A stretch of DNA of 64,000 nt from Octopus sinensis (GCF_006345805.1 NC_043011.1:45706464-45770463); one strand, 5' to 3'; numbered from the stretch's first letter, positions 1-12,467 are shown. Program-made: numbers and translations. The notes: a model not told the origin generated them from the sequence alone.

Positions 1-354
1 GGTGCTCCAGCATGGCCGCAGTCAAATATCTGAAACAAGTAAAAGAGTATATGTATATATATATGTTTGTGTGTGTGTGTGTATGATGAAAATATTCAAA
101 GTGAAAAGAAGGAGAAATAGAAGAGGAACTGCCTTCTATGCATCTACATATACATACAAAGCATGCTTTAAGTTTCAAGTATTGTTTAAAGTCCAATTAT
201 CTCAAATTTCCTGGCATTAAGGCATAGGTGAATACTATATCCCCTGGATAGAGCACCTACCTAAGTATTGTAACTCCCCTAAATAATCTGCTACTTCTGC
301 TAGCTTACTGCCACACCCCATACTACATCAAGATGAATTACATGTATTTGACTG

Positions 355-625
355 TTACTTACATACATAAGCATATGTATGTATTCTCTTCTGTTTTTAA
401 TTATTCAAATTCTTCCTCTATGCAAGGAACTGGTTTCTAACAAAGATATAAAACTCTATCATTGGAATTATGATCTGGATAAAGAAGCTGGAGATTTTGA
501 AGCAGTTATCCATAGTTCTCTCTTATCACTCTTTGATTTTCAAACAAGTATTCACATCAGCAGGACAGTTGACCTCTATGATGGTACATACCTTCACTGT
601 AATGACAAAGTTATGACTCATCTTT
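355..625 (-). mobile_element. R4/Dong-like non-LTR retrotransposon 3' fragment (restriction-like endonuclease domain), copy 1, degenerate
   Basis: Minus-strand translation gives pieces such as CTIIEVNCPAD and LLQNLQLLYPD; the segment is a close copy of 5295-5457 plus 5867-5960, which carries the clearer RLE motif. Confidence 0.65.
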
Positions 626-919
626 AAAAACCAGAATAAGCTCTACCTACATGTGATGAATACTCCTTTGGCCCTCATTGGCAAATCCTAGCACACACAC
701 AACTGTTCTTGTGTCAAAATTTGAAACCAATATAAAAAGATTAGGAACACATGGAAGTGGGAAACTCAGGAACATGTGGGATAAAGTACTGAAGAATGGC
801 TTCAGTACGCTGAACCTTTCAGGTGAGATGACAAAGGGCTGAGATGGCGGGTGCCTTCTTGTAATAAAGAAGACCTGTACTCTGAAGCAGAAGCGTTAAG
901 ACAAGCCCCTTGGGTGGTG

Positions 920-1156
920 TACACTGCTCATGGCAGCGCTACATAAAAGTGCCCATGCAGGGCCATGCAAAAGCACCCATATTGTGCCACGTTAAAGCAC
1001 CTAGAGCAATCTGTAAAGTGGTTGGCATTAGGAAGGGCATCCAGCCATAGAAACTATGCCAATTCAGACAGGAGTCTGGTGCAGCTCTCTAGTTTCCCAG
1101 CTCTGGTCAAACCATCCAGCCCATGCCAGTTTGGACAACAGACTTTAAATAATGAC

Positions 1157-1205
<49 letters not shown>

Positions 1206-1213
1206 GTGATGAT
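920..1213 (+). mobile_element. RTE-LINE 3' UTR fragment with (GAT)n tail
   Basis: Carries the family core GTTGGCATTAGGAAGGGCATCCAGC and ends in a long (GAT)n run; the same family recurs more than 12 times in the window. Confidence 0.75.
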
Positions 1214-2223
1214 TTATGTATTTATAGATATATATGTGTGTGTATGTGTATACATATATATCATATATATATTTATAGATATAATACAAACTGATGCTGG
1301 CTTAACTGGCCGAAACTTCGAAATCACTGTCGAAAACATTCTTCTATGAGAATAATAAATCTGTACTCTACAAAAGTATAGATTAACCTTTCAGATTAAT
1401 GTAAAATTGTTTATATTAATACTAAAAACAAAAGCAAACATTAATATACATATATGTGTGTGTGTGCGTGTGTATACATATATATATACATATATATGTG
1501 ACTGTGTGTGTATATAGTGTATATATATGTATATATATACATATATATGTGTGTGTATGTATACATATATACATATATATATACATACATACATATACAT
1601 ACATATATATATATAGATATATATATATATATTATAATATATATATGTCACTGTGTATGTGTATATATACACATATATACAAATTATAAGTGCATATATA
1701 TATATATATATATATTTGCACTTATAATGTTCATGTTATCCGCACCAGACCACATACAATTACACATATACTCTCTCACACACACACAGGTTTGTGAAGA
1801 GAATTGGTCTAAAGATGAACTGTCTGAATCTCACGTTTGAGATGATCTATTAGTTTAGTGTATTGGGAGTGACAATGTGTGTGTGTATGTGTACATATGC
1901 ATGTGTACACTGGTACACACATACATGTGCATGTGATATGCAGTGCTATTACCATACATTATGATTGCTTAGCTTTGATAGCTTAACATGAGTGTGTATA
2001 TATGTATGTGTATATATATATCTATACATTGGTGTGTGTGTATATACACATATACATCTACATATATGTGTATGTATATATATATATGTATAAACTTTAG
2101 TTGATTAGGAACTGTCCTCACCCTGACACTATATACATGTATATATATCTATTTGCATATATATGTATATATTTATATATATGTATATATGTATACATAT
2201 ATATATATATATACATATATATA

Positions 2224-2258
<35 letters not shown>

Positions 2259-2261
<3 letters not shown>

Positions 2262-2522
2262 TCATCATCATCATCATCGTTAACGTCCGTTCTCCATGCT
2301 AGCATGGGTTGGACGGTTCGACCGGGGTTCTGGGAAGCCAGAAGGCTGCACCAGGCTCCAGTCTAATCTGGCAATGTTTCCTACAGCTGGATGCCCTTCC
2401 TAACACCAACCACTCCGTGAGTGTAGTGGGTGCTTTTTACGTGCCACCTGCACGGTGCCAGGCGGGGCTGGCAACGGCCACGGTCAGATTGGTGTATTTT
2501 ATGTGCCACCGGCACGGAAGCC
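2259..2522 (-). mobile_element. RTE-LINE 3' UTR fragment with (GAT)n tail
   Basis: (CAT)n followed by CGTTAACGTCCG...CTGGATGCCCTTCCTAAC, highly similar to 13185-13483 and 46228-46440. Confidence 0.8.
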
Positions 2523-2587
2523 ATATATATATATATATATGTATTGCATATATATGTATATAATTATATATATGTATATGTGTGTAT

Positions 2588-2975
2588 ATGGATGGAAGCA
2601 CTCCGTCGGTTACGACGATGAGGGTTCCAGTTGATCCGAATCAACGGAACAGCCTGCTCGTGAAATTAACGTGTAAGTTAATGAGCACTCCACAAACACG
2701 TGCACCCTTAACGTAGTTCTCGGGGATATTCAGCGTGACACAGAGAGTGACAAGGCCGGCCCCTTGAAATTCAGGTACAACAGAAACAGGAAGTAAGAGT
2801 GAGAGAAAGTTGTGGTGAAAGAGTACAGCAGGGATCACCACCATCCCCGCCGGAGCCTTGTGGAGCTTTAGGTGTTTTCGCTCAATAAACACTCACAACA
2901 CCCGGTCTGGGAATCGAAACCGCGATCCTATGACCGCGAGTCCGCTGCCCTAACCACTGGGCCATTGCGCCTCCC
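2588..2975 (-). mobile_element. tRNA-derived SINE (family B), near full length, CpG-rich
   Basis: Minus-strand head GGAGGCGCAATGGCCCAGTGGTTAGGGCAGCGGACTCGCGG...GGTTTCGATTCCC has A- and B-box-like motifs; the head recurs at 12370-12467. Confidence 0.85.
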
Positions 2976-2995
2976 ATGTGTGTGTATATATATAT

Positions 2996-3037
<42 letters not shown>

Positions 3038-3399
3038 CATACATACATATATATATACATAATACATACACACACACACACCCATATATATATATGGGTG
3101 TGTGTGTGTACTGATAATTATATAGACAAAAACTACCAGTGCACACACACACACACACATATGTGTATGTTTTACTTTGCATTTGCCTATCACTCTACAT
3201 GTGTGTGTGTGTATGTGCTTGTGTCTTTTTTACATATGTGTATGTATGTTCTGTGTTTGCTGATCCCATTGTCTCTTAAACTTCTGGAGTGTTGATTAAT
3301 GAGTATCTCTTTTAATTACGACTTCCTAATAGGATTGTTTTGTGTAAGGGTAATGTCAGGGTGAGGACAGTTCCTAATCAACCAAAATTTACCTCTTAG

Positions 3400-3620
3400 T
3401 TGTAGAAAGAATGCAAACACCTTGTACAGTTCTGTATTTCTGAGAATAGGAATTTTTATATGATGTATTCGTCAGAGGGATGTCTTCATCTCGGTTGTTG
3501 CTTTTTCACTACATTTCTGCTGGGTACATTCCAGTTTTCTGCAGGTGTCTTGTAATTCATCTTAGTATCTTACCAGGTATTGAACTCAGACCTTTCAGTG
3601 CATGAATTTTTATGATGTTT
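3400..3620 (-). mobile_element. Probable extreme C-terminal fragment of an R4/Dong-like LINE
   Basis: Minus strand reads GLSSIP, weakly resembling the GALGSIP end of RLE-type ORFs; frameshifted and degenerate. Confidence 0.3.
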
Positions 3621-4031
3621 TCACTCGTTTGGTGAGGTGGACAGTCATCCTGAATGAGGTTGGTCTTCAAGTAACAAGTGACCATTCCTAAAGTGTGGCA
3701 ATCACTCATAAGCTTGTGTTTTGCTCATGGCAGCATCCTTGTATGCTGTTTGAAGCATGACAACTGTTTCAGCTGCTTTTCCCCCAGCAGAAAACAACAT
3801 TTTGTGGAAGCACACTATTCTTTTGATTCAGCCATTGCAAAAATTGCCGAACAGGGGAGAAGCACTGCAAAGCAAAGATGCATCACATGACAGTACAACC
3901 TAATATGATGCTGCCAGTCAACAGACTGAAGCCTGAGGGTCACATAAAGTAACTTCTAGTGGTAGAAGCCTGAACGACAATGGGTTTGTCCCACAGAGAA
4001 TGTTTCCTGTTACTTTTGGGTACCCGCCTCA
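3620..4031 (-). mobile_element. Mariner transposon 5' end with TIR and N-terminal HTH of the transposase (pseudogene)
   Basis: Minus strand begins TA|TGAGGCGGGTACCCAAAAGTAA (mariner-type TIR) and encodes CCFLLGEKAAETVVMLQTAYKDAAMSKTQAYE*...FRNGHLLLEDQPHSG, matching the mariner N-terminal domain. Confidence 0.85.
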
Positions 4032-4140
4032 TACATAAACAGTTCAGCTTTTGATATTCAATGTGTCTCTACTATGAAAGCTTTATTCACACAGCTACAT
4101 ATTAATTCTTCATTGTCAGATATGTATTCAAAAGCTAAGG

Positions 4141-4537
4141 TTACTCTCTTTTACTTTTACTTGTTTCAGTCATTGGACTGTGGCCATGTTGGAGCACCGC
4201 CTTTTGTCGAGCAAATCAACACCAGGACTTATTCTTTGTAGCTTAGTACTTATTCTATCGGTCTCTTTTGTCGAACCCCTAAGTCATGGGGACATAAACA
4301 CACCAGCATCGGTCGTCAAGCAATGTTGGGGGGGGACAATCATAGACACACACACACACATGTGCACATATATACATATATATGATGAGCTTCTTTCAGT
4401 TTCCGTCTAACAAATCCACTCACAAGGCTTTGGTCAGTCCGAGGCTATAGTAGAAGACACTTGCCTAAGGTGCCACGCAGTGGGACTGAACCCGGAACCA
4501 TGTGGTTTGTAAGCAAGCTACTTACCACACAGCCACA
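4141..4537 (-). mobile_element. tRNA-derived SINE (family A)
   Basis: Near-identical to 5458-5866, 50555-50983 and 54023-54376; head GGCTGTGTGGTAAGTAGCTTGC...GGGTTCAGTCCC, tail (AAAAGAGT)-like. Confidence 0.85.
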
Positions 4538-4789
4538 TTTGTTATAAATTTCTTTATATTTTCTGGTTCAATGAGATTTTCAGGGCCCTAAGTGACTGCC
4601 TTGTTTGTCTAATGCATTGCATTGACCTTGTCAAGCCTGCTTTGATCATACACTGAAGTGTTCACAAGTAGGTTGATTGATTAAGTGTCTGAATGGTCCA
4701 GTCAGTAGCTGGCTGACTAAGCCATTTGTTAGGTGGCTGGGTACAGCCAGTGGATATCTTTATAACAACTGCTATTATGGATCTTATTC

Positions 4790-5145
4790 AGGGTAGTGAG
4801 CTGGCAGAGTTGTTAGCACGCCAGGCAAAATACTTAGCGGCAATTCATATAACTTCATGTCCTGAGATCAAATTCCACCAAGGCTGACTTTGTTTCTCGT
4901 CCATTTAGGGTTGATTAGGGTGTCAGCATCATGATCGTAAGATTGTGGTTTCGATTCCTGGACCGGATGACGCATTGTGTTCTTGAGCAAAACACTTCAT
5001 TTCACATTGCTCCAGTCCACTCAGCTGGCAAAAATGAGTAACGCTGCGATGGACTGGCATCCCATCCAGCTGGGGAACACATACACCACAGAAACCGGGA
5101 AACCGAGCCCATGAGCCTAGCTAGGTTTTAAAAGGGCACATTTAT
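4790..5145 (+). mobile_element. Adjacent fragments of two tRNA-derived SINEs (family C 4790-4915, family D 4915-5145)
   Basis: The first part matches 32820-33040 and 43545-43770; the second part matches 59760-60000. Confidence 0.7.
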
Positions 5146-5294
5146 TTATTTATTATAATTGACTTAACAACCTCCCCTGAAATTACTGGCTCTATGCCAA
5201 AATTTGAAACCATTATTAAGGGTCTTATTAAACCAAGTGTACTAATTTGCATATTTATATTTATATTATAGGTGCATGCGAGGGGTTAAATATA

Positions 5295-6075
5295 TAAACA
5301 TACATAAGCATATGTATGTATTCTCTTCTGTTTTTAATTATTAAAATTCTTCCTCTATGCAAGGAACTGGTTTCTAACAAAGATATAAAACTCCATCATT
5401 GGAATTATAATCTGGATATAGAAGCTGGAGATTTTGAAGCAGTTACCCATAGTTCTCTCTTTTACTCTTTACTCTTTTACTTGTTTCAGTCATTTGACTG
5501 TGGCCATGCTGGAGCACCACCTTTAGTCGAGCAAATCGACCCATGGACTTATTCTTTGTAAGCCTAGTACCTATTCTATCGATCGCTTTTGCTGAACCAC
5601 TAAGTTACAGGGACATAAACACATCAGTATCGGTTGTCAAGCGATGTTGGTGGGGACAAACACAGACACACAAACATATACACACACATGTATACATATA
5701 TATGATGTGCTTCTTTCAGTTTCCGTCTACCAAATCCACTCACAGGGCTTTGGTCAGCCCGAGGCTATAGTAGAAGACACTTGCCCATGGTGCTATGCAG
5801 TGGGACTGAACCCGGAACCATGTGGTTGGTAAGCAAGCTACTTACCACACAGCCACTCCTACGCCTGCATAGGTATCCTCTTTCTCTTTGATTTTCAAAG
5901 AGAAAGAGGATAACACATCAGCATCAACAGGACAGTTGACCTCTATGATGGTACATACCTTTTCTTGTCTATTCCAAGCAACAATATCCAGTCTGTTATG
6001 TTTACACTTAGATAGATGTTTTGATAGGAATGCTCTACCAGTACTCTTTGTTTTGATGTTTGTGTATGTATTCAT
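5295..6075 (-). mobile_element. R4/Dong-like LINE RLE-domain fragment, copy 2, split by a SINE insertion
   Basis: ORF 5842-6075 reads CKHNRLDIVAWNRQEKVCTIIEVNCPVDADV...KIKEKEDTY, the (P)D..(D/E)..K restriction-like endonuclease signature; it continues as LLQNLQLLYPDY on the far side of the SINE. Confidence 0.8.
5458..5866 (-). mobile_element. tRNA-derived SINE (family A) nested in the R4-like fragment
   Basis: Full head AGGCGTAGGAGTGGCTGTGTGGTAAG, internal (AC)n, (AAAGAGT) tail; absent from the paralogous segment at 355-625. Confidence 0.9.
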
Positions 6076-6310
6076 TAACAGGGAGATTCTCTATATGAAT
6101 GTATTTATGTATGAGGGTCATTATGCCAATATTAACACATGCGCTGGTTCAATTCCACTCTTTTATTATTAGACAATTGGTTAAGTATCTGACTAACTAA
6201 TTGATAGCTTGTTTAATTTGTTAGAAAGTAAGTTGCTTGTTCTTTTTTTTTTTTTTGCAAAGCTGTTTTGTTGCTATTTGCAAATCTTTTCAGTGACTTT
6301 TCTTCTTTAA

Positions 6311-6530
6311 CCCTTTAGCATATAAACTAGCCATATCCGGCCAAAATATTCTACCTGTTTTATGTCCAAGCTGGCCAAATCTAACCACTCACACCTACCC
6401 TACAATGTCATTCTAAAAATAAACAATCACATCGTCAAGCACTTGAGACTCCAAAATAATTCATGATTAATTCAAAACAATGTGAATTAATAAGCATTAC
6501 GTTTGACAGAGTAATCTGAATGCTAAAGGG
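6311..6530. mobile_element. piggyBac-type MITE
   Basis: TTAA|CCCTTTAGCAT ... ATGCTAAAGGG|TTAA: perfect 11-bp TIRs and a TTAA target duplication. Confidence 0.9.
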
Positions 6531-6664
6531 TTAACAAAGCAGAACTGTTGGGTGGTTATCTTGACTTTTATCATTGTTTTTATTAAAACCCATAGATGTG
6601 ATGAAGCAATCTTCTTGTCAAATGTAATCCAGCCATGACACTTCTCCCTCCTATTCTTTTACAA

Positions 6665-7284
6665 AGACAATAGACTCTGCTTGCGAAGACCTGTTGAGGC
6701 AAGTAAAATCGAAATCGAACCAAATTTGACGACTGGCACCCATGCCAACCTCCCTTCATTGGACACGAAACTCTGCTTGCGAAGACCTGTTGGGGCAAGT
6801 AAAATCGAAATTGAACCAAATTCGATGACTGGCTCCCGTGCCAGTGGAGCGCTAACAGCTCCTTCTAAGCGGGATCACTGCCAGAGCAGCTGTCTGGCTT
6901 CCGTGCCGGTGGCACATAAAAAGCACCACTTGAGCGTGATCGTTACCAGTGTTGCCTTACTGGCACTTGTGCTGGTGGCACGTGAACAAAACATTTGAGC
7001 GAGGTCGTTGCCAGTGCTGCTGGACTGACTCTTGTGTAGGTGGCACATAAAAAACACCATTTTGAGTGTGGCTGTTGCCAGTATCACCTGACTGGCCCTC
7101 ATGCCGGTGACACGTACAAGCACCTACTACACTCTCGGAGTGGTTGGTGTTAGGAAGGGCCTCCAGCTGTAGAAACTCTGCCAGATCAGACTGGAGCCTG
7201 GCGCAGCCATCTGGTTCACCAGTCCTCAGTCAAATCGTCCAACCCATGCTAGCGTGGAAAGCAGACATTAAATGATGATGATGA
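6665..7284 (+). mobile_element. RTE-LINE 3' UTR with internal tandem duplications and (GAT)n tail
   Basis: Duplicated CTTGCGAAGACCTGTTG..GGCAAGTAAAATCGAAAT unit, several ~60-bp GTGGCACATAAAAA units, family core and tail ATGATGATG. Confidence 0.75.
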
Positions 7285-7898
7285 ATAGTATGAGATTCAG
7301 GAGATATATAGTGACTGCTTTAATGGTTTTGCAAAGACAGCATCATAGACTGTGATATTTTGAGCTGACAACACAGATGGACATAACTAAATACCATCAG
7401 CCATTTGCCTACTGCTCCATCAATTTTATCATTTTACTATATGTTTCGTCTTGTATTTCTTCACTTCTTAACTTTGTTTTAGCCATCAGCTGAGGCCAGC
7501 TGGAGCACTGCCATTTCCATGTACATCTGTTTGAGTGTGTTGTATGAATATATAAAGAAAATACCAAAAGTTAGCATGTTCCTGTTATTAAACTCTGCCA
7601 AACCATGATATAACATATTTCGTTGCCAAATATGGATTATATTATCATTAACGTTGTAATTAATAACATATTAATAATACTTATTATTACATTCATTTGT
7701 TTGTTAGTTTATGTAATTTTGATTGATTTCAATAGAGATTTTCTCCCCTAAATATTTTGTTAATTATCAATTCATATAAATACATTGTATTAAATTGTTC
7801 ACTTCCTGTAGAAGAATTAATGTCAATTGCATGTATTTATGAAGGTTAATAGCACACACAAACAGAAATCTATGAATCATACACATATACATATACTA

Positions 7899-7961
<63 letters not shown>

Positions 7962-8119
7962 TATAAAAGAGGGAGAGAGAGAGAGAGAGGAGAAGAGGAG
8001 AAGAGATCAGATATTGATAGAAAGGTAGATATAAAGCTATCTGTCTGACTGCTGTCTGTTTGTGTGTTGGTCTATCTATTTATCAATCTATTCAGCTATC
8101 TGTGTCAATGTATATATTT

Positions 8120-8167
<48 letters not shown>

Positions 8168-8255
8168 ATATCACACATATATATATGTATATACAATATA
8201 AATAATGTATATATATTTATATAATGTATATGTATGTGTGTGTGTATGTGTGTAT

Positions 8256-8288
<33 letters not shown>

Positions 8289-8430
8289 TGTATGTATATA
8301 TGTATCATATATATATGATATGTATGTATTATGTATCAAATATATATGTGTGGTTGGTGTTGGTGTGTGTGTGCGTGTTGTATATAAATTCATACATATA
8401 CATATATCTATATACTAGTATATTATTGTG

Positions 8431-8464
<34 letters not shown>

Positions 8465-9258
8465 CATATATATATGTAGATAAAAGGGAGAAATATTATA
8501 TACATATATATATATATAGAGAAGAGAGAGAGAGAGAAAGAGATAGATAGATAGATAAATAGATAGAGCTTGCATACAACACACATTTACACATGCACAC
8601 ACACAAGTAGACACGTACATTTGTAAATATATAAAGTTGTTAATGCCATCAGTTAGTCAAGTGTGGAAGAATTTTCTATGTTCTGTAATATTTAATATCA
8701 CTAATGGCCCCTTGAGGACCCTGTTTTGTGCATGAGTGTGTATATGTGTTTGTATCTATGAATATATTTCTGCTTGTGTGTGTGTGTGTGTCTGTGCGTG
8801 TATGCAGCAATAGGGTTGGGATATATTAAATATACATGTGGAAAATATCAGAGTAGGTTATCTGTGTTGCTGTTATTGATTCATCAACCTGATGGTTGAT
8901 GATCGCTTTAATCAAGAAGGTACCGGAATGGCATGGGCATCGAAGAAGGGGGCTCGGTTCTTGTAAAGAGAGAGAGAGAGAAAGAAAGACAGAGAGAATG
9001 AAAGAGAGAGAGAGAGAGAGAAGAGAGAAGAGAGGTGTGTGGTGTTGTGTCCCTGCTCCCTTGAGGAAATAAATGAGAAGTGAGAGAGAAAGGGGATTGG
9101 GAGACAGAGAGATTGCGAAAAGGTGCAAATGGAGAGTATGTGGTGTTTGTGCTTGTTAGTGTATTTACAATGTGTGTGTGTGTGTGTATATCGGTGTATT
9201 AGTGTGTGTAAATGTGTGTATGTATACAAGTATAAATGTATATATGTCAATCTATCTA

Positions 9259-9296
<38 letters not shown>

Positions 9297-9352
9297 CCTA
9301 TCTACCTACCTATCTATCTTTCTATTTATCAATCTATCTATACATACATACA

Positions 9353-9386
<34 letters not shown>

Positions 9387-9398
9387 CATATATATACA

Positions 9399-9434
<36 letters not shown>

Positions 9435-9818
9435 ATATATATATATAGTTGTAAAGATATACTCTAGAGAGTATGTGGATATATGTGTGTGTTTGTGCAT
9501 GTGTGTGTGCATATGTATGAGTGTGTGTGTATGTGTGTGTGAGTGTGTGTTGGTTTAGTGGCTAGTGCAAATAATGGTGTTGGCAGAAGTTTAAGTTTGT
9601 CATGATGGTGTGATTGGGGCTGCAGAGGAATTGTCATAGTGGTAGTAGTTGTGATTACTGTAACAGTAGGAGTAGTAGTAGTAGTAGTGCAGTGGTGGTG
9701 ATAAATGGTGTTGGTGGGAGTATAGTGTTAATGTTGTTAGTAATGAAGTGATAGTAAACATATAATATGTGCATAACGGTGGCATTGATAATGGGGTTTA
9801 TATACACAAACAGTGTAT

Positions 9819-9867
<49 letters not shown>

Positions 9868-9911
9868 TGTGTGTGTGTGTTATGTGTGCGTGTATGTATG
9901 TCTATATATTA

Positions 9912-10137
9912 TTTCTTTACTACCCACAAGGGCTAAACACAGAGGGGACAAACAGGACAGACAAAGGGATTAAGTCGATTCCATCGGCCCCAGTGCGTAA
10001 CCTGGTACTTATTTATCGACTGAAAGGATGAAAGGCAAAATCAACCGTGGCGGATTTGAACTCAGAATGTAACGGCAGACGAAATACGGCTACGCATTTC
10101 GCCCTGTGTGCTACCGTTTCTGCCAGCTCGCCGCCTT
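9912..10137 (-). mobile_element. tRNA-derived SINE (family C)
   Basis: Reverse complement of the AGGCGGCGAGCTGGCAGAAAC...GCCTTTCATCCT...AAGTACCAG element also seen at 32820, 34855, 41785, 43545 and 63900. Confidence 0.8.
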
Positions 10138-10165
10138 TGTATGTCTATATATATATATATATATA

Positions 10166-10660
10166 TCATCATCATCATAAACATCATCATCATCATCATT
10201 TAACGTCCATTGTCCATGCTGGCAAGGGGCTGGATGATTTGACCAGGCCTGGCAAGCTGAGGGTCTGTCCCAGACTCCGGTCTGGTTTGGCATGGTTTCT
10301 ACAGCTGCCCTTCCTAACACCAACCACTCCAAGAGTGTAATGGGAGCTTTTGTGTGCCACCAGCACAGGTGCCACTTGCATGACACCAGTATCCACCACG
10401 ACTAGGATTTCACTCAGCTTGATGGGTCTTCTTCTCAAGCAATGATGATGTCATATTGCCAAAGTTCTCATTCATATGCCATTACCTCCATGAGGCCCAA
10501 AGCTTGAAAGGTGCTTTTACATGCCACTGGCACCATTTATGTGGCACTGGCATTGGCTCAACACTCGACAAGTGCTTTTTATGTGCTGCTAGTATGGTTG
10601 CCAGATGCCTTCATGAGGCCCAACACTTGCTTTTTATGTGCTAGATATGTAACACCAGCA
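10166..10660 (-). mobile_element. RTE-LINE 3' end (ORF tail plus UTR plus (GAT)n)
   Basis: Contains GCTTGAGAAGAAGACCCATCAAGCTGAG, similar to the ORF C-terminus at 61830-61880, followed by the family core and tail. Confidence 0.7.
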
Positions 10661-10698
10661 TCAGCCACATTGCTTCCAATAAAAAACAACTGAAATAA

Positions 10699-10770
<72 letters not shown>

Positions 10771-10790
10771 ATATATATATAAATAAATAT

Positions 10791-10821
<31 letters not shown>

Positions 10822-11084
10822 GATATATATTTATTATAATATATATAGATATACACCATATATATATATACTCAAGTAAATAGGAATATACAAGGTAATA
10901 AACAAAGGAAAAAATTCCTTCAGAGGATGTGTAAAATTCATTGGTTGGTTTTTTTAAGTAATTGTTTTTATATTATATTATATACATAGTATATTATGTT
11001 ATATTATAATTTAAATAAATTATTGGTTTGTCATTTGTATTTCTCTATTTAAATATATTTTTTATATGAGTGTGTGGTGTATAA

Positions 11085-11116
<32 letters not shown>

Positions 11117-11467
11117 CTATATATATTAAGCAAGAAGAACAAATGTAATGAAAAGCATTTATTAGCACAGCAATCATTTCAGCTCCATGTTGCACTGGTC
11201 CCTAGTGGGCATGGAACAATGCAATAAGTGCTAATAAATACTTTGCGCTAATAAATGATTTTCATTACGCTACATATGCCCTGGAATTCTTGATGTAGAT
11301 CCAATGATAAATGCAAAATATCACTGATGATGCCTGGTAGCCATAAGTGGTGAACATGCTCCACACACAGTAACTTTGGGACTTACTGAGAAACAATGTT
11401 TGGATACGATTTTAATGCCAACTTTCTAAGTTAGCATTAAACTTTAATTCTTTAATTTTAAATTCGA

Positions 11468-11507
<40 letters not shown>

Positions 11508-11789
11508 TATATATACACACACAACACACGCACACACACACAACACACACACACACACACACACCACACATATATATATATAATATATATAATATATATA
11601 TATTATATATATACACATATATATATATAAATATATGCATATATACATAGAATATATGTACATACCTACATATTTATGTATATATACATGCATATATGGG
11701 TACAGGACATCAAAAAACGTTGAACACAATGAGAAACAAAAAACATAAAAACAGAAACATAGAAACGAACTATATACATATATATAAAA

Positions 11790-12088
11790 AAATTTTTTTA
11801 AGAATGAGATAAAAAAACCAAGGCTGTGAAGATTTTAGAACATTTATAAATAGAAGGTCTTACAGCTGTTTCCAGGATATTTATTATATCCCTTCATCAG
11901 AGACAGTGTGAGAAAATGGTTAAGCCATAGTTAATTTAGATAAGATATGAAATAGAGAGTGAAGTGGAGGAATGAAAATAGACGTGAGATATGCAGGGAT
12001 ATTGCAAATAAGATTCCAATACCTTATGAGTAAAATCCAATAGTATCTAAAATTGGTAACCAATTTTAGATACTATTGGATTTTACTC
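11790..12088 (-). mobile_element. Penelope-type terminal-repeat fragment carrying an HHR, ending in a perfect 29-bp inverted duplication
   Basis: Shares about 130 bp with 50345-50480; HHR at 11857-11904; palindrome at 12028-12088. Confidence 0.6.
11857..11904 (-). ncRNA. Minimal type-I hammerhead ribozyme motif
   Basis: Minus strand GTCT-CTGATGA-AGGGATAT-AATAA-ATATCCTG-GAAA-C-AGCT-G-TA-AGAC: stem I GTCT/AGAC, intact core, palindromic AGCT helix III, GUA cleavage triplet. Confidence 0.8.
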
Positions 12089-12162
12089 TGAACTTTGCCC
12101 AAGCTATTCTTACTCTAGCAGTTACACTTTCAGCACACCCGCCCCCGCTGCTGACTTGGTCA

Positions 12163-12200
<38 letters not shown>

Positions 12201-12201
<1 letters not shown>

Positions 12202-12467
12202 CACGTGATCACGTTGCTACACATCGCTGGTCACAATGCGTTCGCATTGTTTTTAGCTTTTAATGACGCCACCCCGCTGACTAAGCTCGCAGGCCATCAG
12301 AAGAAAGAGTGAGAGAAAGAGTGGTGAAAGAGTACAGCAGGGATCACCACCCCCTGCCGGAGGTGTTTTTGCTCAATAAACACACACAACGCCCGGTCTG
12401 GGAATCGAAACCGCGATCCTACGACCGCGAGTCCGCTGTCCTAACCACTGGGCCATTGCGCCTCCAC
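12201..12467 (-). mobile_element. tRNA-derived SINE, family B head with a different 3' tail
   Basis: 12310-12467 matches 2800-2975 with an internal deletion; 12201-12305 is unrelated to the tail at 2588-2790. Confidence 0.75.

Noticed and set aside
1290-1316. CTGATGCTGGC...GGCCGAAAC hammerhead-like string
   Set aside because: A9 is missing and no stem I or NUH site can be built
965-1349. Poly-Asp, poly-His and poly-Met ORFs
   Set aside because: These are the (GAT)n tail of an RTE 3' end read in different frames
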